Assembly (NCBI GenBank): GCA_947259645.1
Contig: CAMYND010000002.1
Span: 2,544 to 66,543, forward strand
Reading direction: 5' to 3'
DNA length: 64,000 nucleotides
Source: Thermodesulfovibrionia bacterium
GTDB taxonomy: Bacteria; Nitrospirota; Thermodesulfovibrionia; UBA6902
Shown here: positions 1 through 8,525 of the stretch, piece by piece
Numbering within the stretch: position 1 is the first letter of the stretch
How the letters are laid out: every line of letters begins with the position of its first letter
Position numbers and translations under genes: made by a program
The notes under the pieces: model-generated
Told to the model about the DNA's origin: nothing
What the model saw: only the letters and a program-made list of their open reading frames with translations
Database searches by the model: none

Positions 1-2
1 TG

Positions 3-866
3 GATGCAGACCTGGGAGGCAGTAATCTTCACACCCTGGCGGGCATACGGTATCCGCAGCACACACTGGATGACTTTCTGAACAAAGGCAAACAAAGTCT
101 CGAAGATATAATAATTGACACTCCTGTGGAAAATCTTAGATTAATTTGCGGTGCAGACGATATTCTTGGAGTAGCTAATCCGAAGTACACGCAGAAAACA
201 AAAATATTTAATCATCTCAGCAGGCTGGAAGCAGACTATATACTCCTTGATCTTGGTGCAGGCGTTTCATATACAACAATGGATTTCTTTCTCTATGCTC
301 CGAATAAAATCGTGGTGCTCACGCCTCAGGCAACATCAATACAGAATTCCTACGGGTTTATAAAATCAAGTTTCTATCGTGGATTAAGCCGGCTTTGCAG
401 CAAGAACACCGAGAGTAAAGAACTGATCAATCGCGCCACTTCCATTAGCAAGGAAGACAAAATCGAATCTGTTGAAAAGTTGAAAGAAGCCTTTAGAATG
501 TCAGATGAAGAAGAAGAGGTTAGATTGACTCAATATATGAAGGATATTAATATTCACCTGATATTGAATATGGTAAGGAAGCCGAAAGAAAGGGAAGTAA
601 CTCAAATTGTCAAAACCGTTGCACAAAATTATTTAAGCCTGAATCTTGGCACACTGGGAACAGTAGAGTATGACAAGCTTCTCAGTATGTCGATAAACAA
701 TATGACAAAGTACCTGACTGAACAGAGAGACAGTATAGCCAGTCACTGTTTTTATGATATCGCGAACTGCATTATGAAAATTACATCAGATTCCGGCAAT
801 GCTTCACCATCTTCACCAATGCAAGCTCCACCGGTATATCCGGAAGCTAATGCGCTGCCGGGATGA
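3..866 (+). CDS. MinD/ParA (FlhG/FleN-like) ATPase, 5' end outside window
   Basis: Frame is open from position 3 (DADLGGSNLHTLAG...) and contains LLDLGAG and TPQATSIQNSYGFIK, typical of FlhG-like ATPases. Confidence 0.85.
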   Translation, partial: DADLGGSNLHTLAGIRYPQHTLDDFLNKGKQSLEDIIIDTPVENLRLICGADDILGVANPKYTQKTKIFNHLSRLEADYILLDLGAGVSYTTMDFFLYAPNKIVVLTPQATSIQNSYGFIKSSFYRGLSRLCSKNTESKELINRATSISKEDKIESVEKLKEAFRMSDEEEEVRLTQYMKDINIHLILNMVRKPKEREVTQIVKTVAQNYLSLNLGTLGTVEYDKLLSMSINNMTKYLTEQRDSIASHCFYDIANCIMKITSDSGNASPSSPMQAPPVYPEANALPG

Positions 867-1003
867 GCGTGTCTCTGTGCAGTATAATTTAAATGTCTGC
901 AGGGTATACCATACAATTTCATTCCTTTATAACGTGAAATCAGGCTTGATATTTCTTGCTTAACCAGTTGTAAAATCTACTGAAATAACTCTATTTCTAT
1001 TTC

Positions 1004-1019
1004 TGGTCCCATATTTGCA
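1004..1019 (+). promoter_or_regulatory. Possible sigma54 -24/-12 promoter
   Basis: TGGTCCCATATTTGCA: GG-N10-GC with TTGC, about 37 nt upstream of the PilZ ATG. Confidence 0.45.
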
Positions 1020-1055
1020 AATCACATAAAAGCGTTGCAGGCAGAGGGCATCAGA

Positions 1056-1388
1056 ATGTTAAATGAAAGAAGATCACAGAGAAGAATAGGTGCAGATCAA
1101 AATGTAGTCATCGATTTTGGCGGTGTGATACGTTCGGCTGTGCTGAACAACTGCTCGGAATCAGGGATGTACATTGAAAGCGGCATCTCTTTTTCATCGG
1201 GCATCGCCTTTAACGTAATTATTCCCATAGAAGGTCCGCCGATAGAGGTTCCCGTTTCTGTTATATGGTCAGCCAGTGCCGGAATATATGAGGGGATGGG
1301 GGTCAGGGTTCAAGAGGTGAGCGCCAACTATTTACAGTATCTTATCCGGCTCGAACTAGGCTCTCTTTCAGCGTGGCCAAATTTATAA
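1056..1388 (+). CDS. Stand-alone PilZ domain protein
   Basis: RSQRR (RxxxR) and NCSESG (D/NxSxxG) motifs, with GMGV near the C-terminus; ATG 1056 preferred over TTG 1035. Confidence 0.8.
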   Translation: MLNERRSQRRIGADQNVVIDFGGVIRSAVLNNCSESGMYIESGISFSSGIAFNVIIPIEGPPIEVPVSVIWSASAGIYEGMGVRVQEVSANYLQYLIRLELGSLSAWPNL

Positions 1389-1582
1389 CCTTACCCTCCC
1401 ATCCTCCTGATCAAACCAGTCTCAGTGTCAGTCCTGTTCTTGACTAACAGTCATGATGCCGGCAATAATTGAGCTTGACTGAACGTAATCACGTGCGCAA
1501 GAGATCTATCTGAGATTCTCGTAATGAGAATTGAAAAAGGAAGATAAAGAGCTCCTTGAGGAGAGAGGACTGACAAACTGAT

Positions 1583-1879
1583 TTGAAGAAATTAAGTTGC
1601 CTCATATTCAGCATACTCTTGATGAGTTGTGCAAGCATACAGCAGACAATATCTGTTCCGCCTGAGATTAAGGCCTATTGCTCAAGGATTTCCGGAGAAG
1701 AGCAGAACAGAGGTTTCATGCGCACCTGTATAGAACAGGAACGGACTGCACAACAGCGGCTTGTTGAAATGACTATCCCATCTCATGTAACAACCTACTG
1801 CAAAAAGCTCTCTTATTCAACTGGCGGCAGTTATCAGGTAATGTTGGCCTGCGTTGAAAAAGAGCTCTCAGAACTCTAG
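1583..1879 (+). CDS. Small Cys-containing lipoprotein, hypothetical
   Basis: Signal peptide with lipobox LMSC; two internal YC...C half-repeats. Confidence 0.7.
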   Translation: MKKLSCLIFSILLMSCASIQQTISVPPEIKAYCSRISGEEQNRGFMRTCIEQERTAQQRLVEMTIPSHVTTYCKKLSYSTGGSYQVMLACVEKELSEL

Positions 1880-2027
1880 TGCCGATGAGTTGAGCCGGAC
1901 TGGCAATGAGGTCTTATTAAGCTCGAACATCCTTCTTTTATATTTTTGCGATTTATTTTTTTCGTGAAATGGGTTAAAGTGTATTGGAAAATAAGTATAA
2001 TATCACCGCATCAAGAGGGTTTGATTT

Positions 2028-2816
2028 ATGATGAAAGTTTTTGAACGACTGGGCTCAAGTGCTCTTTTGCAGTTCAATGAAATAGGCAGGATGGGGATAT
2101 TTCTCTTTTATTCTTTCCTCAGTATAGTAAGGCCTCCTTATAAACCCGGCCCTGTGATAAAGCAGATGTATGTGATCGGCTCAAAATCAGTATTTGTCAT
2201 TCTCTTTACCGGTGTTTTTACGGGTATGGTTCTTGGTCTGCAGGGCTATCATACGCTCAGCAAAGTGGGGGCTGAGGGTGTGCTGGGCTCCTTTGTTTCC
2301 CTTGGACTGATCAGGGAGTTGGGCCCTGTGTTGTCAGCTTTAATGGTAACGGGTCGGGCCGGTTCAGCAATGTGCGCGGAAATCGGAATTATGAGAATTT
2401 CAGAGCAGATTGATGCGCTTGACTGTATGGCCATTGATCCTCACAAATATGTTATCGCTCCCAAGTTTATAGCGGGGATTATTTCGATGCCTCTTTTGAC
2501 AGCAATATTTGATGTGATGGGAATTTTTGGGGGATATCTTGTGGGAGTCAAATTGCTTGGAGGGAATGAGGGGTCTTTTTTTACCAGCATGTACAACAAT
2601 GTTGGTGCTGAAGATATTTATATGGGTCTGATGAAGCCACTCTGCTTTGGGGTGCTCATTATATGGATCAGTTCCGCAAAAGGATTTTATGTTCACATGA
2701 CAAAAGGAGGCGGGTTCGGGGCTGAAGGCGTCAGCGGGGTAACGACCAGTGCGGTTGTTTTATCATCAGTTGCCATACTGCTCTTTGATTTTTTCCTGAC
2801 CTCTATTCTGATATAA
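2028..2816 (+). CDS. mlaE: MlaE-family ABC permease
   Basis: RELGPVLSALMVTGRAGSAMCAEIGIMRISEQIDAL signature. Confidence 0.92.
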   Translation: MMKVFERLGSSALLQFNEIGRMGIFLFYSFLSIVRPPYKPGPVIKQMYVIGSKSVFVILFTGVFTGMVLGLQGYHTLSKVGAEGVLGSFVSLGLIRELGPVLSALMVTGRAGSAMCAEIGIMRISEQIDALDCMAIDPHKYVIAPKFIAGIISMPLLTAIFDVMGIFGGYLVGVKLLGGNEGSFFTSMYNNVGAEDIYMGLMKPLCFGVLIIWISSAKGFYVHMTKGGGFGAEGVSGVTTSAVVLSSVAILLFDFFLTSILI

Positions 2817-2819
2817 CAT

Positions 2820-3590
2820 ATGAAACCTGCCATAGAGCTTAAAGATGTTCATAAATCATACGGGACACAGCATGTTTTGCGTGGTGTTAACTTGTCCATT
2901 CCCGAGGGGAAAACCACGATTATTGTCGGTGGAAGCGGACAGGGAAAAAGCCAGATTATAAAACACAGTCTCGGGCTTATCAGACCAGACAGCGGAACAG
3001 TCAAAGTCTTTGACAAAGATATTAATGCAATTAATAAAAAACAGCTGAAGGAAGTGAGGACCCATTTTGGTGTTCTCTTTCAGAATTCAGCGCTTTTTGA
3101 TTCAATGACAGTTTATGACAATGTGGCGTTGCCCCTCAGGGAGAGGACTAAATTTGCTGAGGAAAAAATCAGCGATATCGTTCATGAAAAACTGGAGATG
3201 ATGGATGTTGTCGGAAGTGATGATAAATATCCCGCGCAGATCAGCGGGGGAATGAAAAAGAGGGTCGGCCTTGCCCGTGCAATCGTGTTAGATCCCAAGA
3301 TCATATTTTTTGATGAGCCTACAACCGGGCTTGATGTTGAAAAGAGCAATGAGATTTACAGGGCATTTTTCAGGACTCAGGCACAGTTACAATATACCGC
3401 GGTTATTGTCAGTCATGATGTGCCGAAAATATTCAAGCTTGCTGATTATGTTTCGCTGCTATTCGACGGGGTCATGCAGGGCTGTATCACTCCCGAGGAG
3501 TTTCAGCTTTCAGAAAACCCGGCAATTAAATCTTTTGTAAGAGAAACTATGGGAGAGCTGTATTCAAGTGAAGTGGAGGGATTATTATGA
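2820..3590 (+). CDS. mlaF: MlaF-family ABC ATPase
   Basis: Walker A GGSGQGKS, ISGGMKKRVGLARA, DEPTTGLD; lies between mlaE and mlaD. Confidence 0.92.
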   Translation: MKPAIELKDVHKSYGTQHVLRGVNLSIPEGKTTIIVGGSGQGKSQIIKHSLGLIRPDSGTVKVFDKDINAINKKQLKEVRTHFGVLFQNSALFDSMTVYDNVALPLRERTKFAEEKISDIVHEKLEMMDVVGSDDKYPAQISGGMKKRVGLARAIVLDPKIIFFDEPTTGLDVEKSNEIYRAFFRTQAQLQYTAVIVSHDVPKIFKLADYVSLLFDGVMQGCITPEEFQLSENPAIKSFVRETMGELYSSEVEGLL

Positions 3591-4027
3591 AGAAAATTAA
3601 TGTTGAGACCGGAGTGGGGATATTTATCGTTGTAGGGCTTCTTTGCCTGGGCTATCTTTCAATGAAGCTTGGTGATGTAAGCCTGTTTGGCACTGACCAT
3701 TACCAGGTGAACGCACGTTTTGTAAACGTATCTGGACTCAAGGAAGGCGCTACAGTTGAAATTGCCGGAGTTACCGTTGGAAAGGTCTCAAAGATAAGTC
3801 TTGATGACTATGAAGCCTTTGTTTCATTGTTGATCAAACCTGATGTGAAACTGCAGGAAGATGTTATAGCCTCGATCCGAACACAGGGCATAATAGGAGA
3901 CAAGTACATAAAAATCAAGACAGGCGGATCTGAAGAGTTCATAGAGACAAACGGGGAGATCATTGAGACTGAATCTGCTATTGAGCTGGAAGAACTCATC
4001 AGTAAATATGTTTTTGAGAAAGAGTAA
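3587..4027 (+). CDS. mlaD: MlaD (single MCE domain)
   Basis: ETGVGIF TM anchor, SGLKEGATVEIAGVTVGKV, IRTQGIIGDKYI; ATGA overlap with mlaF. Confidence 0.92.
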   Translation: MKKINVETGVGIFIVVGLLCLGYLSMKLGDVSLFGTDHYQVNARFVNVSGLKEGATVEIAGVTVGKVSKISLDDYEAFVSLLIKPDVKLQEDVIASIRTQGIIGDKYIKIKTGGSEEFIETNGEIIETESAIELEELISKYVFEKE

Positions 4028-4048
4028 ATAGTACTCCGAACCCAATCA

Positions 4049-4753
4049 ATGATCAGGAAGAATGTCAGTGAGAAGGACAGGCTGTTAATCACCAAATTTC
4101 TTAAGAGCGTCCCTGTTTTCAGAACGTTTTCCAGCGCGCACCTGGATTCTGTGATGGACGGCTTCCAGATTATTTCGGTCCGGAAGGGCGAAGATATAGT
4201 ATTTCAGGCAGAAGAGGGGACAGACCTTTATATCGTCCTCAAGGGAATCGTCAGGGTCAGCCTCTCGGGAAAAGATGGAAATGAACTTGTACTTGCTGCC
4301 CTGAAAGCCGGTAATTTTTTTGGTGAGATGAGCCTTATTGACGGGAAGTCCCGGTCAGCAAATGTGGTAGCGATGGAAGAGACAGTTCTGGGTAGTCTGA
4401 AAAGAGACAGGTTTGTAAAGAAAATGGAAGAAGAACCTGCTATTGCTCTGGACCTGCTTACCGCTTTAGTAAACCGCCTCAGAAAAGCTGATGACATGAT
4501 AGAGACCCTGGCATTTCTGGACGTCCATGAAAGGCTTACGAAGTTTCTTCTCGATAATTCCGAGGAGAGCGTTGATGTAGGAAATAAGAATTACTTCAAG
4601 ACGAAGAAGCGCACGCACATGGAGCTGGCCGCTCATATCGGATCATCAAGAGAATCGATCTCAAAGGCCCTTAAAGTAATGGCCCACACAGAACTGGTTA
4701 TTGAGAGAGATGGTTTTTTTCTGGTAGCACCCGGCAATGAATTGCGCCAATAG
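4049..4753 (+). CDS. Crp/Fnr-family transcriptional regulator (cAMP-type)
   Basis: FGEMSLIDGKSRSA cNMP-binding cassette; HTH THMELAAHIGSSRESISK; no Fnr Cys cluster. Confidence 0.9.
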   Translation: MIRKNVSEKDRLLITKFLKSVPVFRTFSSAHLDSVMDGFQIISVRKGEDIVFQAEEGTDLYIVLKGIVRVSLSGKDGNELVLAALKAGNFFGEMSLIDGKSRSANVVAMEETVLGSLKRDRFVKKMEEEPAIALDLLTALVNRLRKADDMIETLAFLDVHERLTKFLLDNSEESVDVGNKNYFKTKKRTHMELAAHIGSSRESISKALKVMAHTELVIERDGFFLVAPGNELRQ

Positions 4754-4901
4754 CATCTGTCGGATCCCTACATATTTGCATGAGTAATGTGAATATTCAC
4801 TTTACATAACTATCGATATTATAGACGATTATAGGTAGATCACATCTGCCCCGTTAACAGCACGGCATTTATAAGACTAATATGATAAAATATTTTCCAC
4901 T

Positions 4902-6389
4902 ATGGCTGATGAAATAAAAGTCCGGGTACTGGGTGATTTTGGTCCCTTTTCAATGATGGGGAAAAGCATCGGGTATGAGGTGACAATCGGGGATTCTATA
5001 TATCTGTTAGATTGCGGCGCACCTCTGTTTCAGCAGATAGGCAGCCCGAACCTCAAAAACATCAAAGGGATTATTATAACGCACTGTCATGATGACCACA
5101 AACGATGGTTTACGGATCTGGCTTTATTTCACAGGTATGAACCCAAGGCGGGTTTCAAGATTAATCTCCTTACTTCGGAGGAGGTCCAGAGTGAGCTGTT
5201 GAAGTCATCGAGGACCGCACTGGACAGAAGCCTTTCAGAGGATTCAAAGCTCATTGTAGACATCCCTAAGGATGAATATGTGTCATATCAAATGATCGGC
5301 CCCCGGGCAAAGTACAGAATAACCTCAAAAGGAGAAGGAAGGGGTAAAACAGGATTCTCTATACTTGATCTGAATGATAATATACCTGGACCGGACGTTG
5401 CAAAGGTTGTGATAAGCAGGAAAACCGGCAGGCCCAGGATGCTCTTCAAGGACCCTCATTATCAGGAGTGGGTAGAGCCTGAGAGTTTTTACCCCTTTTC
5501 ATCGCAGGTGTTTTATGAAGAGAACAGGAATGTCTATGAATCCGGTGAGGGTTTTACCATTGAGGCGATAAAATCTCCTGTCTGGCATGGTATCCCGAAT
5601 ATCGGTATAAAAATCAAGAAAGGCAAAGAGACCCTGGTTTTCAGTTCAGATACTGTCCACAATACAGAGTTGTGGGAGGCACTGTGGAGAGAGAAAAGAG
5701 TTCAGAACCTTGAGATGCCTGTGAAAGAGTATGAAGACGCATCTTTTCTCTACGGTGATATCAACGATTATACGGAGCGGACATGGAGTGAAGAAAGATA
5801 TAACGAGGCGGTTAATGCATTTAATGACGGTATTATTATGCACGATGTTTCATGCCGGAACAGCACGGTCCATACAGACTATGAGAAGCTGAATAAAACA
5901 GTCTTGGAAAAGGACAGGACTATTTTAACTCATGGTCCCGACAGACTTGTGTCTGAGTGGGCGGTCTGTTTCACAGAAAAAATATTCACTATAAAGAATA
6001 ACAGTTATTATGAGGAAGTTGATAAGTCTCTTTATCCCTTGAATGCTGATATATACTGCAAGGACGGCGAACAATTTTTTGTTGGATATAAAAATGAACA
6101 CGGGAAGTATCTTGTTCGGGAGAATAAGGGTCTCCTTTCACTGAGCAGGGAAGGGGACAATGGTTCTGGCACTCCGCTTTACCGTGTAGATCTTTATGAG
6201 GACATATCCGGAAAATATTTCCCGAGAACAGAGGATGAACATCTCTGTTACAGAGAGAGAAGAGACGGGCAGGTCGAACTCGTTGAGTTTAGCGAGAGCG
6301 GAAGTCAGGGCAGGATAGCTGAGGATCAGAGACCAAGGCTGTCTGCAGGCACCGGTATAATTAAACCGGAAAAGCAGAGCATTAGCTGA
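4902..6389 (+). CDS. Large MBL-fold (RNase Z-like) metallo-hydrolase with insertion and C-terminal extension
   Basis: LLDCG, THCHDDH (HxHxDH), VWHG, FSSDT, MHD..VHT and LTHGPD motifs. Confidence 0.8.
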   Translation: MADEIKVRVLGDFGPFSMMGKSIGYEVTIGDSIYLLDCGAPLFQQIGSPNLKNIKGIIITHCHDDHKRWFTDLALFHRYEPKAGFKINLLTSEEVQSELLKSSRTALDRSLSEDSKLIVDIPKDEYVSYQMIGPRAKYRITSKGEGRGKTGFSILDLNDNIPGPDVAKVVISRKTGRPRMLFKDPHYQEWVEPESFYPFSSQVFYEENRNVYESGEGFTIEAIKSPVWHGIPNIGIKIKKGKETLVFSSDTVHNTELWEALWREKRVQNLEMPVKEYEDASFLYGDINDYTERTWSEERYNEAVNAFNDGIIMHDVSCRNSTVHTDYEKLNKTVLEKDRTILTHGPDRLVSEWAVCFTEKIFTIKNNSYYEEVDKSLYPLNADIYCKDGEQFFVGYKNEHGKYLVRENKGLLSLSREGDNGSGTPLYRVDLYEDISGKYFPRTEDEHLCYRERRDGQVELVEFSESGSQGRIAEDQRPRLSAGTGIIKPEKQSIS

Positions 6390-6477
6390 TTTTACGAGTG
6401 CTGATGTTAAGAAGTCTGCGCACGCGTCTGAATATCTGCAAAAGGATCTGTTTATTTAAACGGGAGTCAGTTATTTT

Positions 6478-6948
6478 ATGGATGAAAAAATTAAGAAATT
6501 CATACTCGGTCACAAGGACCAGCTGATACTCTTTCAGCTATTGAACAGCGAAGAAGTAGATATGGCCCTGCCTTTTTTTGATCTGCTGCAGTTTAAGAAA
6601 GGTGAGACAGTATTTAATGAAGGTGATAAAGGTGACTACGTGGGAGTCATTATGCAGGGACACCTTGAAGTAAAGAAACAGACAGATTTCAAGGGAAGGC
6701 AAGTGATTATTGCTGCGTTGAAAGAAGGGTCTTTTGTCGGTGAAATGTCTCTTGTTAATGAAAAAGAGCCCCGGTCTGCAACGGTGAGCGCTTCTGAGGA
6801 CTCTGAGCTCATCGCACTGACAAGAGCATCAATGAATTCCCTCATAGAGCAGCATCCATCAATTGGTGCGAAAATATTGCAGGGACTGAATCAGGTCCTG
6901 GCCATTCGCCTTCGAAAAGCAGTGGAAAGACTGGCCAGTATTTTTTAA
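6478..6948 (+). CDS. Stand-alone cyclic-nucleotide-binding domain protein
   Basis: VFNEGDKGD and FVGEMSLVNEKEPRSATV; no HTH. Confidence 0.88.
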   Translation: MDEKIKKFILGHKDQLILFQLLNSEEVDMALPFFDLLQFKKGETVFNEGDKGDYVGVIMQGHLEVKKQTDFKGRQVIIAALKEGSFVGEMSLVNEKEPRSATVSASEDSELIALTRASMNSLIEQHPSIGAKILQGLNQVLAIRLRKAVERLASIF

Positions 6949-6983
6949 GTACAGTCTTACACAATATTAATCCGGGTAAATTC

Positions 6984-7934
6984 ATGAAAAAGAAGGCCGC
7001 AAAATTTCTCTGGATACCTCTTGGAGTTGAAGGGGGACTGGATGAAAGCAACCTTTCAGCTCACCTGCTCACTCCCCTTGGATCAGCGGACTTTATCTGT
7101 TTGGATGCAGGCACTGTGCTGACTGGCCTGAGTATTGCCTACCGGAATCACTGCTTCGACAATATGCCCATTAAGAACGATCCATCACTGACATTTGAAG
7201 GTTCGGTGCTGCATCATCATATCAAGGCGTTCTTAATTACCCATTCCTACCTGGACCACCTTGAAGGGATGGTGGTTATTTCTCCCAATGACAGTAAAAA
7301 GCCGATTATCAGTATCGGCAGTGTAATCAGGGACATTCAGACTCACCTGTTTAACTGGCGAATATGGCCCAATCTGTCTGACTCGGGAACTGCGCCTGCT
7401 ATCGGTCTATATTCATATATCACTCTGAAGGAAGATGAGATGTCTGATATTAATGGCACGTCCCTGCGTGTGAGAGCGTTTCCGCTTGCTCACGGTGAAT
7501 CTCAGTCAGCAGCCTTTCTGATTGAATCAGAAGGGGCTTACGTGTTGTACATGGGCGATACCGGACCGGATGAAATAGAAAAATGTGAAACAACATATGA
7601 ATTATGGAAACAGATAGCGCCTCTGGTCAGGGAACAGCGTGTTCATGCGATATTTATTGAAGCATCGTATCCGGATGAAAGGCCTGATGATCAGTTATAC
7701 TCTCACCTTACACCAGCATGGTTGATGAAGGCTTTTGGGCAGCTTGCGGATATTGTAGACCCGGAGAATCCAGATACAGTTCTTGAGGGGTTGACAGTGG
7801 TAATAACACATATAAAACCTGATTTTTCAGCCGGACCTTCTCCGCGCGATATTGTGAAGAGGCAGCTGGAATCGCGCAATTCAATGGGACTTCGTCTTAT
7901 TTTTGCGGAACAGGGGAAACGCTACGAGCTCTGA
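6984..7934 (+). CDS. Class II 3',5'-cyclic nucleotide phosphodiesterase (CpdP-like)
   Basis: LGVEGGLDESNLS, LDAGT, THSYLDHLEGMVVISP, FNWRIWPN, GDTGPD, HLTP and THIKP; no signal peptide. Confidence 0.85.
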   Translation: MKKKAAKFLWIPLGVEGGLDESNLSAHLLTPLGSADFICLDAGTVLTGLSIAYRNHCFDNMPIKNDPSLTFEGSVLHHHIKAFLITHSYLDHLEGMVVISPNDSKKPIISIGSVIRDIQTHLFNWRIWPNLSDSGTAPAIGLYSYITLKEDEMSDINGTSLRVRAFPLAHGESQSAAFLIESEGAYVLYMGDTGPDEIEKCETTYELWKQIAPLVREQRVHAIFIEASYPDERPDDQLYSHLTPAWLMKAFGQLADIVDPENPDTVLEGLTVVITHIKPDFSAGPSPRDIVKRQLESRNSMGLRLIFAEQGKRYEL

Positions 7935-7960
7935 ACGAAAACTACAGATGGTGCTGACAG

Positions 7961-8266
7961 CTACATCAGTGATTTGAACGCTTCTGTTGATTTCAAAAGA
8001 GTAAAATCGGTACCTTCTTCTTTTTTTACGGTCTTGAAGACTTCACAGGACATGCAGGAGACTTTTTTCTGGGCGAACCGCCCCTGAACTATGCCGCCGC
8101 AGAATGTGCCGGCAACAGACCAGCAAATGCGTCCTCCATTTATTCCATTGTTCATACCTTCTGAAGTACTGTCTACTGCAGCGGGACAGACACCAAGGTC
8201 ATTAGTGTTAATTCCAGCTGTTTCTCTTCCGCACCCTTTAATCTCCCAGCAATTAAGCTTATCCAT
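7961..8266 (-). CDS. Two-CW-domain Cys-rich small protein
   Basis: NCWEIKGCGRE..CPAA..GRICWSVAGTFCGG..CMSCEVF; start 8266 follows AAGGAAGG. Confidence 0.8.
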   Translation of the reverse strand: MDKLNCWEIKGCGRETAGINTNDLGVCPAAVDSTSEGMNNGINGGRICWSVAGTFCGGIVQGRFAQKKVSCMSCEVFKTVKKEEGTDFTLLKSTEAFKSLM

Positions 8267-8525
8267 ACAGTACCTTCCTTTCTCAGGATGATAAATGAAT
8301 TGCAAAAATGATGCCTGAAGAAATGGCCAAAAAAAATACATCTTATCAGTGAGTTATGCCAATGATAAAATCCCTAGGGAAAAGTCTTGCGTTAAATCCC
8401 ACTCACCTGGGGGAGAAAGCCCATTGCAGAGACATTAAGAGACAATTCTTATTTAAATGCCATAAAATAGTAAAACTTCTGGCGCTCAGGAACACCCGGG
8501 CAAATAAGATGTCTCACTTGGATAT

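Noticed and set aside
4789-4800. GTGAATATTCAC palindrome as a CRP or Rex site
   Set aside because: Half-site spacing is too short for either consensus, so it cannot be assigned.
4049-7934. Pycsar/CBASS anti-phage system
   Set aside because: No cyclase or CD-NTase and no TM/TIR effector fused to the cNMP domains; the content fits signalling rather than defence.
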